DNA of 64,000 nt from Octopus sinensis (GCF_006345805.1 NC_043005.1:30566001-30630000), one strand, 5' to 3'; counted from the first letter of the stretch, positions 25,030 through 37,741 are shown. The notes: a model not told the origin generated them from the sequence alone. Program-made: numbers and translations.

Positions 25030-25922
25030 ATTATTTACATTATTTACATTATTCATGGATATTTGTCCTCATCTTATTTGTTGTTAACACAATATTTCAC
25101 CTGATATACTCTCCAGCCTTCATCAGGTATCTTGGGGAAATTTTGAACCTGGGTTCTCGTTCCTAAGGTATTTTTCAATATTATTATTATTATTATTATT
25201 ATTCAGGTCACTACCTGGAATCGAACTCAGAATCTTAGGGTTAGTAGCCCATGCTCTTAACCACTACACCATATGCCCATGGGCATAGTGGTTAAGAGCG
25301 CAGGCCACTAACCCCAAGATTCCAAGTTCAATTCCAGGCAGTGACCTGAATAATAATAAGCCAGACATAGTCTTAATTGAGAAAGAAAGCAAATTATGCT
25401 GGATCATAGATACAGCATGCCCAGCTGACTACAAGGTATGCGATAAAGAAGAAAGAAAAGTCGATAGATATGACAGGTTAGCTTGGGCGATAAAGCTATT
25501 GTGGCCAGTGAAAAAGGTGGTAGTGATATCAATAATTGTCATAGCCCTGGGAAAGTGAGTAAAAATCTTGAGAAGTACATGGAACAAATAGGGGCTGCAA
25601 TAAGGGTGGAGCACTTGCAGAAAACAACACTGCCTGGAACAGCTTGAATACTTCAGAAGGTGCTCGAAAAACAAGAGGTGTTACTTAGTTCACTGGTAGT
25701 GAACAGCTGACACCGTAGTACATCTACAGTGATAGAAGCTGTGCAAAGGCAATAATAATAATAATAATAATACCATCAAAAAATACCTCAGGAATGAGAA
25801 CCCAGGTTCAAAATTTCCCCAAGACACCTGATGAAGGCTGGAGGGTATATCAGCCAAAATGTTGTGTTAACAACAAACAAGATGAGGACAAATATCCGTC
25901 AAATGTAAATAATGTAAATAAT
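25030..25922. mobile_element. Head-to-head palindrome of a tRNA-headed, hammerhead-bearing repeat
   Basis: Arms mirror about TATGCCCA|TGGGCATA (25279/25280). Each arm is tRNA-like head, (AAT)n, CTGATGA hammerhead core, tail. Confidence 0.85.
25360..25750 (+). mobile_element. R4/Dong-clade LINE 3' end inserted in (AAT)n
   Basis: PDIVLIEKESKLCWIIDTACP…KVDRYDRL…LQKTTLPGTA, a restriction-like endonuclease PD..D motif; flanked by (AAT)n. Confidence 0.8.
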
Positions 25923-26304
25923 TCTCTTAAATATAGAACTGTAAAAGAATGGTGTTGGTTTGTATGGTTGAGAGAATTAAAAAGAGAGTTGCTTTCCAGA
26001 GATTATTAGAGGATGAAATTAGAAGTGATTGAAATTATGTAAACTGTTGTGTTATTGGTGGGGATGTTGGCCATTTAGGTGTAGAACAAAGGTATAAATA
26101 TTTTAGTTTTTCTGTTCTTTATCTATGTTCAGCAGGCAGAAAATCATTCTCTGTAGTTATCAACCAGGGTATTTTTTGGACAAGATTTCATGTGTTTTAG
26201 TTGAACATAAAGTATAAAGGTTTTCATTACCACAATATTAAGAACTGTACAGGAAATAATTCATGTTAACATTTCACCATCTGGTGAATGGTTAATATTG
26301 TTGA

Positions 26305-26338
<34 letters not shown>

Positions 26339-26355
26339 TTGTGTGTGTGCGTGTT

Positions 26356-26386
<31 letters not shown>

Positions 26387-26720
26387 AGTATGTGCACGTA
26401 TTTGTGTGTGTGTGTGTGTAGTATGTGCACATATTTGTGTGTGTGTATGTGTAGTATGTGTGTCTGTAGTATGTGCACATATTTGTGTGTGTGTATGTGT
26501 GCATGTATTTTTGTGTGTGTGAACATGTAGTTATGTGCATGTGTGTATGTGTGTGTGTGCATGTGTGTGAGTATAAATTTAAGTTAATCATATGTGACCC
26601 TACTAAATTTACTTTTATCAGATATATGATAGTTTTAATGTATGTATATATGTAAGTTTATATATATATGTGTGTGTGTGTGTGATATATATCGTATATA
26701 CATGTACATATATATACATC

Positions 26721-26752
<32 letters not shown>

Positions 26753-26792
26753 ATATGGTATATATAGATATATATATATTTATATATATATA

Positions 26793-27604
26793 CATCATCA
26801 TCATCATCGTTTAATATCTGCTTTCCATGCTGGCATGGGTTGGACGATTTGACTGAGGTCTGGTGAACCAGATGGCTGAACCAGGCTCCAATCTGATCTG
26901 GCAGAGTTTCTACAGCTGGATGCCCTTCCTAACACCAACCATTCCAAGAGTGTAGTGGATGCTTTTACGTGCCACTGGCACAAGGGCCAGTTGGGCGGTA
27001 TTGACAATGGCCACGCTCAAATGGTGATTTTTATGTGCCACCGGAACAGGAACCAGTCCAGTGACCACTCTGACAACGACCTCGCTCGAATGTTTTTTCA
27101 CGTGTCACCAGCACAGTAAGGCAATGCTTGTAGCGATCACACTGGAATGGTGCTTTTTACTTGCCACCGGCATGGAAGCCAGTTAGCCACTCTGGCAACG
27201 ATCATGCTCCACTAGCACGGATGCCAGTCATCGAATTCGATTTCGATTTTGATTTCACTTGCCTCAAAAGGTCTTCGCAAGCAGAGTTTAGTGTCCAATG
27301 AAGGAAAGATACACTTAACTGGGCTGGTTACACCACTGGCATAGGCCATGGGTTATGGTCTTACTTGGCTCACCAGATCTTCTCAAGCACAGCATATTTC
27401 CAGAAGTCTCGGTCACTAGTCATTGCCTCGGTGAAGCTTAATGTTCGAATGTCATGCTTCACACCTCATCCCAGGTCTTCCTGGGTCTACCTCTTCAACA
27501 GGTTCCCTTACTGCTAGGGTGTGACACTTTTTCATGCAGCTATCCTCATCCATTCTTGCCACATGACCATACCAGTGCAGTCTTCTCTCTTGCGCACCCC
27601 ATCC
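26793..27604 (-). mobile_element. RTE LINE 3' fragment
   Basis: (CAT)n tail; colinear with 9277-10150; cut at the TTAA MITE. Confidence 0.85.
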
Positions 27605-28103
27605 TTAACACTTTCATTACCAACCCGGCTGAAACCACCTCTGGCTCTGTGGTACAAATGTCTTGTTTTCATAAGTTTGGATTTAAAATCTTCCACTATT
27701 GTTCCAATTTGTTCCTAACACTAGCTGAATGATAACTAAGTTATTTTACTAAATTCTTTGTTATATTTAAAATTGATTGAAACAAACACAGAGCATCTCA
27801 ACAGAAATATAGTAACAAAAGGGTTAAAATACATAATAGAGAAATAATTCTTAAAATATATAATAGAGAAACAATTCTTAACCCTTTTGATACCAACCTG
27901 GCTGAAACTGGCTCTGGTTCTGAGTACAAATGTCTTGTTTTCAAAAGTTCTATATTAAAATCTTTCACCAAACCTTAGTTACAATTTATGTTCCTAACAC
28001 TAACTTAATAACTAAGTTATTTTACTAACTTTTTTATTATATTTAAAATTAATTGAAAGAAACACAGAGCATCTCAAAATGAATACAGTAATGAAAGGGT
28101 TAA

Positions 28104-29340
28104 AGCATTCCTGCTGTTTATTTCAAAGAAACCTGTCTCTCCGTCAGGTGTTATAATTCTTGCTTTTGTATCTTCAGAAAGCTTTGTTATTGCATTGAGA
28201 AGATTTGGATGTCTATTGATATGCTCTAAGAATTTTGAGCATCTTGCCTCTGTGATTAGAATCAAAAGCCTTCTTGAAATCAACATACAGGATGATGGTT
28301 TTGCTATTATGTGCTTCGACCTCTTCAATTAACCTTCTCAGAGTCAGAATATGTATTGCTGTGGATCTACCAGGTTGAAACCCATTCTGATTTTGTCGTA
28401 GATGTTTATCAATTGCTTGGCTGTAGTCTGTTAAGCATCATTCTGTTGATGAATCTGGCTACTACTGAAGATAATGCAATGCCTTTCTAGTTCTTCTCAT
28501 CGCTGAGATCTGGTTTGAGAATATGGAGCAGATCCAACACTGATAATTGCTTTGGCTTCAAGTTCTCTTTCAACAGTTTGTTTGCAAAGTAAAGCACAAT
28601 TTCATCAAAATTGCATCTTTTCAAAACTTTGAGTTAAACATTATCTACCCCAAAGATTTACCTTGATTGATTTCTTCATCTAAATTCGGTATCATTAATG
28701 CCAAGGTTATTCAGCTACCATTCATATCTGAAATAAATCTCCAGAGTCTTCCAGGTCTTTTCGAGAACAAAATGTTGGTTACAAAAAAATCATTTTCAAC
28801 AGAAAATTCATGTAGAAATCTGTTGTTCCCATTTGTGTGTCAGTGACATGCATGAATTGATATGTCCTGACCAAGATGTGCCTTTAAATCTCCAAGCACC
28901 AATGTTAAATTTTGCTTTGGCACAACATTCAGTTAATGCTTCACAGTGGTCTTCTGCTTCAGTTGGTGCATAGGTGATTATCACCATGGTTTTAGGATTG
29001 CCACTGAATTCTGCAATAAGGATTCTGTCGTTCACAGGTCTTACTTCAGCTAAAGTACCTTCTGCCATCTTATTGACAACAAATCCATCACCACCCAATG
29101 CTGCACCATTAAACGATCTCCATGCATCATGCACAATTTCGTCATCTATTACATCTAATACACTCAAGTTACATCTTTCGAAGTTCTCAGTTAATTCAAT
29201 CCATTTCTCATTCTTTCTGAGCAGTCTTACATTATGAATTACAATTTGAGAAAATTGCTTGTAGTTCAGCAGTCTTTTCCCTTCAGTGTTGTTGTTGTTG
29301 TAATCCACTGTACCCCTTCCATCAGGATTTAAGGACACAA
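28104..29340 (-). mobile_element. Decayed LINE (AP endonuclease and RT start)
   Basis: NDRILIAEFSGNPKTMVIITYAPT (EN) and GIALSSVVA…NRMMLNRL…QNQNGF (RT), with frameshifts and deletions. Confidence 0.82.
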
Positions 29341-31340
29341 CTTTAGCCTACCTCTTTGACTGAGGACAAGTTTTCCGCGTATTTTTGTTTCCTAAACATT
29401 TTTTACACCCGTTGCAGTATTTATTTATTTATTTTTTTATTTTCGTTTCCAGGTAATATCGTAAGCATTAACCCATTCGACTAACACCCTTTAAGGTGGT
29501 GCCTCAGCATGGCCGCAGTCAAATTACTGAAACAGGTAAAAGAAAAAAAAATGATAGACATCGACACAGCTATAGGAGTGATCCTCCATCTATTGTGACT
29601 GTTTCTTCATAACTATCTTTAAAATGTCTCTAATGAAATTTTCCCAGAGACACGTCTCCAAAGGTACATTACAACTACCTTTGAAAATTTGGGGGAAAAT
29701 GCGGCGGGGGTCAGCTTCAGATCCTTCAACTTCTACTCCATTCATCCCCGCTCAATTTTCATTTATATCTTTTTATCTTACTCTCAAAAATGTATCTTGA
29801 AAATTTCATTTAAAAATAAAAAAATAGGCACATAACAAATTCCTGTGGGGAGGGATGATCTTCCACGTGATATTTTTTTTCGAATTTCTCTTGTCACACA
29901 GTCTGTAGCATTTAAAATATCTCTGGAAAATTTCATGACAAAATATGCGTTCTTAAGGAAGTTATGTTGGTAAACAATTTGACGGGGGTGGGACACACTT
30001 TTGGAAGTTATGCCAATGAAATGCAGACAATTGATAACTCACGAGTTTACAAGTAAACTCACACATACATACGCACACAGATTCATATAAACAAACACAC
30101 TGACACACAGATGCACACACACACACATACATACATACATACATACACATACGTATAGATCCATGCACGCGCACACACATAAATTTAGTTTCCAATTATC
30201 TCCTTTCTACACAAAAACCTCCTGTGTTTTCCCTCTTTCATGTTTACATCGGCGTAAGTGTTTGTTGAGAGTATATGTGTGTATATGTATCTATGAGTCG
30301 ATATGTGTGTGTTTATATGTAAGATGTGTGTGTGTGTGTGTTTATTCTGAGCACTGTACACAATGTTTATTATTATTATTATTATTATTCTAAGCTAAAG
30401 CCAAGACATGAAACCTTTTAACACAAATGCCAAAAAACATAAAACGCGCCATGCAAGACCAGCAACATGTAGCACAGCCTCTCGTGCTACAGTAACCACT
30501 GCTACATATAACCATCACCACAAGCACAGCACACCCTCCCATATAACCATCACCACTACCGCATGGTTCCACGTAATCCCCCACCACTACCACATCGTCC
30601 CAAACAACCGTCACTGATATCTCGCCTGCCTCACCACACTACCATCATAACAATAGAAAGTTTCTATAAAAATGACAAAATTTCAACATACCAGGCTAAG
30701 ACTTAGGAAGATCTCGCCAACATCAGCTCCGACAAAGTAGCAGCGACTGGCAACGACTAACTACGAATTCCCCAACACAATCACCGGTTCAACCCACCAC
30801 TACCACCACCGCCGCCGCCACCAACATAATCACTCCCGACTCAACTTCAACATATTAACACCACTCATCACCACCACCACCACCGCCGCCGCCGCCGCAA
30901 GCACACGTTCAAAGCATGTATGTTTGTGCAGCAGTGGATTTGCGGTGGAGGATGGGGGGGATATAACGAGCGAAGTGTGTGTGTGTGTGTGCGTGCGTGC
31001 GTGTGTGTGTGTGAGAAGTGTACAGGAAGAATGAAACTTAACACGCTACCGAAACGGCTGACGACAGAACGAAAGAGAGCTAATGAGTGTGTGTGGAGAG
31101 AGAGGTAGAAATATAGAGAGGGGGAAAAAAAAGACAGTGAGAGTAGAAGCATAGAAGCCGATGACAGGTACCCGGTGAAACAAACACGCGCGCACACACA
31201 CGCGCATAAACAAATAAATAAATAAAACCCTCCTTCTTTCCCGAGCGTCCAATAATACTTTATTTGTTTATTTGTTCCACGTCCTTGCGTTGTTGTGTTT
31301 TTTTGTTTTCTTGTTTGGATTAACTTTATATATATATATT

Positions 31341-31377
<37 letters not shown>

Positions 31378-31470
31378 CTCTTACACACAGACACACGCAC
31401 ATGTTATTGTAGAGTGAGAAAGAGACAATAAAATAGGGATGAAGAGGGGGTATGATATCTGATAGAGAAA

Positions 31471-31528
<58 letters not shown>

Positions 31529-31574
31529 TTTCTCTATCAGATATCATATATATATATATATACACACACATATA

Positions 31575-31618
<44 letters not shown>

Positions 31619-31777
31619 TTTCTCTCTCTTCTGTCTCTGTCTCTGTCTCTCTCTCACACACACACGATGAGACAGGCAGTCATATACATCGCTATATCAG
31701 ATATCATACCCCCTCTTCATCCCTATTTTATTGTCTCCTCTCTCGCTCTACAATAACGTGTGCGTTTGTCTGTGTAA

Positions 31778-31828
<51 letters not shown>
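31341..31828. repeat. Nested fold-back duplication
   Basis: 31341-31464 is inverted at 31695-31828; about 31452-31480 is also inverted at about 31521-31548. Confidence 0.85.
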
Positions 31829-31829
<1 letters not shown>

Positions 31830-32030
31830 ATATATATATATATATATCATTTGGCGTAAAGACAGCGATAGACTGTGTGAAGTGAAATGACTTTCGCGTC
31901 GGTCAGAGAGACCACACCCTGATATGGCACCAGAATATGAAAGGCGAGTTCCTTTCCTATCTCACTTTCTGAGATTTTCTGTTTTTTACTTCTTTATTTT
32001 TACTGCCTTTCTTAACATCTGAACTAGTTA

Positions 32031-32617
32031 TTCTTTTACTTGTTTCAGTCATTTGACTGCGACCATGCTGGTGCACCGCGCCTTTAGTCGAACAAATCGA
32101 CCCCAGGACTTAGTTTTTTAAGCCTTGTACTTCTTATATCTGTCTCTTTTTCTAATTTACAGGGATGTAAACACACCAACATCAAGCGATGGTTGGGGGA
32201 CAGACACACAAATACATACACTTACACATACACGATGGGCTTCTTTCAGTTTCCATCTATCAAATCCACTCACAAAGCTTTGGTCGGCGCGCAGCTATAG
32301 TAGAAGACACTTAGCCAAGGTGTCACGCAGTGGGATTGAACCCGGAACCATGTAGTTGTGAAGCAAGCTTCTTACCGAGATGTACTTGCATAGCGAGTGA
32401 CTTGATCTGAGATCGTGTGCTGAAACGAAAACAATTGCAGCGTGGAAGGTGTTTATAAGCCATTTAAGAAACACACAAAAGCCGTTCGATTCACTTCAAC
32501 ATTTAAGTTTAATTTGTCAAAATATTTTCGTCGCTAAAATCCGCGACCTGTTCACTGACAAAAATCCGTGCTGCACATGAAAGTCCAAATCTGTAAGCTT
32601 CTTACCATACAACCACT
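32031..32617 (-). mobile_element. SINE family A interrupted by a 218-bp insertion (32377-32594)
   Basis: The SINE head is split; AAGCTTCTTACC is duplicated at 32365-32376 and 32595-32606. Confidence 0.88.
32513..32562 (-). ncRNA. Type I hammerhead fold with a G3-C8 core
   Basis: UUUGUCA-GUGAACA-G-GUCGC GGAUUUUA GCGAC-GAAAAUAUUU^UGACAAA. Confidence 0.72.
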
Positions 32618-33383
32618 AAGCAATTAGCGATGAGCTCATCCTAAAATAGGCAACGAGTATCAAAATTAGACTGAATTGTTATTATCAGTCCGAATGTGAT
32701 GCACATTCGAACTGGCGAACAGGCTACTCACAGCATTCTGTCATGGAGAAATATACCTCGCTTGTTGACAAACGGTGCGTCAACAAGATCGGCTCGCAAC
32801 GCCATTTACCTAGACTGTGAAATACTAACATTTCGGAGTAATTTATCTCTTCATCGGTCACCTCATCATCCCCTCTGTCTTCGTCTATAAATTGGTGTGA
32901 TAGACTGTCTCACGCATGTCAAACCTTTTTTCACTAGCGCCTTGTTTCTTTTTCAAGCCCTTCCCCTTCCTTACTACGATTCGTGTCGCTCATTTTTTCT
33001 TTCTTTTTTTTTTTTTCAATCTACATATATTAAGGTCTGGCCAGAGTATTTTAATTCCGGGTTGTAGTGTGACGCGGGTAACTGCTTTCCACAGCATCAC
33101 CCTATAAAAAACGATTACTACAAGCTAAGATGCATTGTATTCAGCTGTTTATTTACGTATTCATCTTGGGCGCATATAAGAGAGAGAGAGGGTGAGCGAG
33201 GGAAAAAGAGAGAGAGAGGGAGAGAGATGACGATGTTTTTATTGCGATTGTAGCTAACAAGCAGTTTATAATATTTTTCTTCGAGTTAATAATTACAATA
33301 CAAAGACTAAAAGCTGCAGAGATGTATTTATCGCTCCCTACCGTCCCCTTTGCACCCAGTACCCAATAAAATTTTCTACCAGC

Positions 33384-33931
33384 CAGTGGCGTAGCTCAAA
33401 GGGAAACAAGGGGAGCGCTGGCCTTTGAAGAACTTTCTGGAGTCATTACTTTATTCGACCAACCGTTCATGTTTTTGAAGCGGTTTGCTCAATCGTCCGC
33501 TGATATCTGAAGACCCAAAAACAAACCCTGACCTCATAACCTCTCGACATTAAACGATCCCACGAAGTTTCATATTTTTCACGTCACACCTACTTCGAAG
33601 TTTCAGACATACTGACATTGTTACTGAGACACAAAGCTAATGGATGAAGGCACTAGCGTAACTAGTGAGGCTGGGGCGGTCCGCCCCGGGCGGCACTTTT
33701 GGATCTGCTCTAGACAATATGTGCTTTTTGTGGGGTCCGGGGTCAGCAAACTGGAGGGCCGCCCCGGGTGGCACACACTCTTGCTACGCTAGTGGATTAA
33801 GTATATAATTACATATTTGAAATATTTCGTGTAATATTAGAGAAAAGAGTAAAAAAATTGTTGGGTATGTGTCGCAGTGCCTTTTTTCATATGTTCGCTC
33901 ACTCTAACTTTAGAACCTGGTTACGCTACAG
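33384..33931. mobile_element. Nested hAT-like MITEs (inner 33651-33794)
   Basis: Outer ends CAGTGGCGTAGC / GTTACGCTACAG with flanks CTACCAGC/CTACAAAC. Inner TIRs CACTAGCGTAAC / GCTACGCTAGTG with flanks GATGAAGG/GATTAAGT (decayed 8-bp TSDs). Confidence 0.6.
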
Positions 33932-36041
33932 CTACAAACCCCTTCCCGGAGTAAGGGACAGTACTTCATCCTTTGAGAAGCACAAGTCCAAAATATAGTA
34001 CAAAAAATGTAGGAAATTGAAGGATTTTTTTTTTTCATAGAATAACAAGGACAGATTACAGATATATTTTTATTATCACACAAAAAATATATACCTCTTC
34101 CGATCTTATTGGTTAAATAATGTAATAACAGAACTCATTGTTAAATATTATCTGGTTTATTGCCTTCTATACATGAGTATCATATTTTCCTGGCTTCCCT
34201 ATTTGGCATTCAAGAATGATTTAATTCCTCCACCTGATTTACGAAGTTTTATCATTTCTGTTCTCAAGTTCAAGTGACAGTAGAGACAACTCTACTGAAC
34301 TGTACCCCTGATGGGGACTATTATTTGCAAGAACCTATTTGTTAAATTGACGCTGGCAGTACACAGTATTAGGTAAGTTGCGCATGAAGGTGAGAATGGC
34401 TACATTAAAATTTACGTAAATTTCCATATCTTTTATCACCCGTAAAATATTCATTTACATATGTAGAATTATTTGAATAAAATAACATACATGAGATAGT
34501 GAATGTAACGGTTAAAAAGTCTTTGCATAAAATATTTTAGTTGTTTATATGAAAACAGTCTATGGTTATCAATGACAGAATAAGAAGAAAAAAATGAGAA
34601 CACCTATCACAAACGTGACCGACAGAGTTCTGTATAGTACTTGAGGTTGTTCTGTTTGGGAATTCAGTATTCTAGCTTTTTATAACACTAGGTCAAACTT
34701 CTAGACCCTTCAGTAGAACTATTCTCTGGGAAAATTCACAAAACTTACTTCCAAGTCAACCACTTATTTAGTTACACAACAGCCGATCTAAAAGGTTGAA
34801 CCATGTACACTTAGGTGTTGATGCTTTTTACAGAAACATAACTAATTTCCAGAAGTTAGTCTTGCCTTTTGTGGCAATTTAGTTGGGACGTGATCCTAAA
34901 CTGGAGAATCTAAACGATATGGTTTAAAACTCGACAGAAACTTCGCTTCACCGATTTTTCTAATAGCTTTTCAACCTCGCTCAATCACTAGAACTTGAAC
35001 TGTTACAACTTATTCTTCAAACAATACTTTCAAATGGTTTTATGAGATGGCCATATTGATGTTTATACTTAAGTAAGATGAAGCAACTACTGAATATATG
35101 ACTAACTCTTAGCAGTGGAGGGCCTCAGCAGATGCAATTAACTTATGTTAATGCTTACGAAACCTAAGATATGAAAGTTACAATTTATCTGAAAAGGATT
35201 CAAAACAGTAAGAGCATTTTCAGCATCCGTTTCCTCCACTAAGTTCAAGTCTCTCATTGATATGGTGCCAAATAGCAGCAACAGGAAAGTCATCAAGAAA
35301 CATATTTTTTAAATTCCGATTTTCATTCTCATATAACCGATGCTTTTTCACATTTTCTTCTAAGTACTTTATTGAAAAACCACTTTATAAGCAACTAAGA
35401 AATCGTTATATTTAGATTTTGCCTCCTCACTAAGTTTTAAATTACTCTAAATCAAAACAGAAATATCTCGGATAGATAATTATTCAGCTGCTGCCCTGAA
35501 GCAGACTTCAAATCTATCTAGTATTAATAGCAACAGGTCCATCAACCATAATATTTTAGAAGATCTTTAATGATATTTTTATCGCTGTCTTTCTCATTCG
35601 GTTCTCTCAATGGTATGCAATATCTAAACATCACTTACGAGAGTGTAGAACAGATTGTAAGTCTAGTCTAGGCCATTTCTTTCTTACGGACAGCATTACA
35701 GGACATAACCATGCATGGTCTATTGTGAAGGTCTCTATAGGTTGTCCTTGATCATATGTGCCTGGTAAGTTCCTCACCAGAGCGCTTGTCTGGACAGGAT
35801 TTATGGAAAAACCACCAATTGCCCATACATGCAAATTCCACTCCACCTCTCTCCATGCAACCAATTATGTTCAAGGGAAAAGCAACAGCCAATAGAACTT
35901 GCCACCAGTGACGTTCCATGAAGTGCCACGAGAATGTAAACAACTGGAGTGGCTATCGAATCCAGAACGGTGGCGAATCAACCTTTTACAGCCATACACA
36001 CATACAACATATATATGCAATCATAATCATACATACCGATG

Positions 36042-36135
<94 letters not shown>

Positions 36136-36278
36136 CAATCAGTAAGTTGTCATAATAATACTCAGAGATTCAAATACCGGAGCTAGAAACTTCTAGGCAT
36201 TTTTCATCATGTATAAAATAGAAAATTACTGTTTGTAAATATCTCAACGAGAGACATTCAGTAACAGTACTCTAAAGT

Positions 36279-36445
36279 AAAGATTATTTGGCAACATAAC
36301 GTGGCAGTCTTGGCTAGGACGAATGCTACTGCTATTTAACCGCAAGAAACATCGTCAGCCAACTGGAGATGATGTTTCCTCGGGCTAAATAGCAGTAGCA
36401 TTCGTCCTAACCAGGACTACCACGTTATGTTGGCAAATAATCTTT
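36279..36445. repeat. Fold-back palindrome with ~75-bp arms
   Basis: AAAGATTATTTG…GAAACATC mirrored by GATGTTTC…CAAATAATCTTT. Confidence 0.85.
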
Positions 36446-37408
36446 GCTATATATATATTTATAGACACACACACACACACCTACACACACACGAACACGG
36501 CTGTAGATGATATCCTTTACCCGAATTTGTATACTTATTTAATCATTTTTACCAAATTTATTTACCCCCAGAATGTTTAAATTTTGAACTCTCATCCGTC
36601 ATTTCATATAACGATTGGAACCGTTCGTTTTGGAAGCCCTTACCTTGGATTTTTGTTCTTTATTTGTCACTTCTCCTCTCGGTACCTGAATCCAACGTAC
36701 ATGATGCAGAGTTTTTACATATAACTTTTACATGTACTTAATTTATCGACCCTGGAAGAATGAAAGGCAAAATCGACTTCGGCGGAATTTGAACTCAGAA
36801 CGTAAAGACGTAAAGACGTTCTGAGTTCAAATTCAGTTTCTGCCAGTACGCCGCCTTGTACAGAGCATGATATTAAATAATAAATGAACGACTCAAAAAC
36901 AGGAATAACATAATGACTTTAATTACCTTACAGCTGTTTCTGTTTAAGGAAATGCGCGCAAAGAACTGAATACCAGCGCAACATATTACAGCTTCTTGAG
37001 AGCCACTGGTTCTGAGGAAGCCATAAGATAGCACAATGAGTATTTCTGTAATCAAAAACTATTTCGTTTTTGTATTTGGCTTGCAAAATTCTGGATGTGA
37101 GCTTGTGTGTTGAAACATTTCTTGTTGCATGTTGGAAGGGCCAGTATGCCAATAATAAACACACGCACCGGTTCTATTTTTCGTCTTTATTACTTGTTAG
37201 TCAGTTGGTTAACTATTTAACCAATTAACTAATCGATTGTTTGATTAATCGTTCTGTTATTCAATCAGTTAAAGTTCTTTCGTCACCATTTGCGACCTCG
37301 TCAATGACATGCTCTCTCAACACCAGGTCAGTTTTTGGTCTGCCTGTCTCTTAGCTTCAAGGTTCTATATATTAATAGTTGTATGGATGTGAGTGAGAGA
37401 GAGGGAAA

Positions 37409-37444
<36 letters not shown>

Positions 37445-37683
37445 GCGCGCTTTCATATGTGTGTACGCTTTTATGTTTGTGTGAGTGTCTATGTGTATCT
37501 ATGTGTGTGTATGCGCGCACGGATACGCATTTGTGTGGCGTAGTTGTGAGTAAATGTGCTAAAGGGGTATGTGTATGTGTGTGTGCGCGCGCTTTCGTAT
37601 TTGTGTATGGTGTGGATTTTGTGGACGGTAAAATGTTTATATTTTCATCTATTTTATAGTTAATGCTTCTTTCTTTTTTATTA

Positions 37684-37741
<58 letters not shown>

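Noticed and set aside
29430-29466. Plus-strand ttttcgtttccag|gtaat AG/GT site
   Set aside because: Opposite strand to the only gene found, and no partner exon.
34400-35650. Possible decayed hAT transposase (minus)
   Set aside because: Only faint motif echoes; cannot be supported without an alignment.
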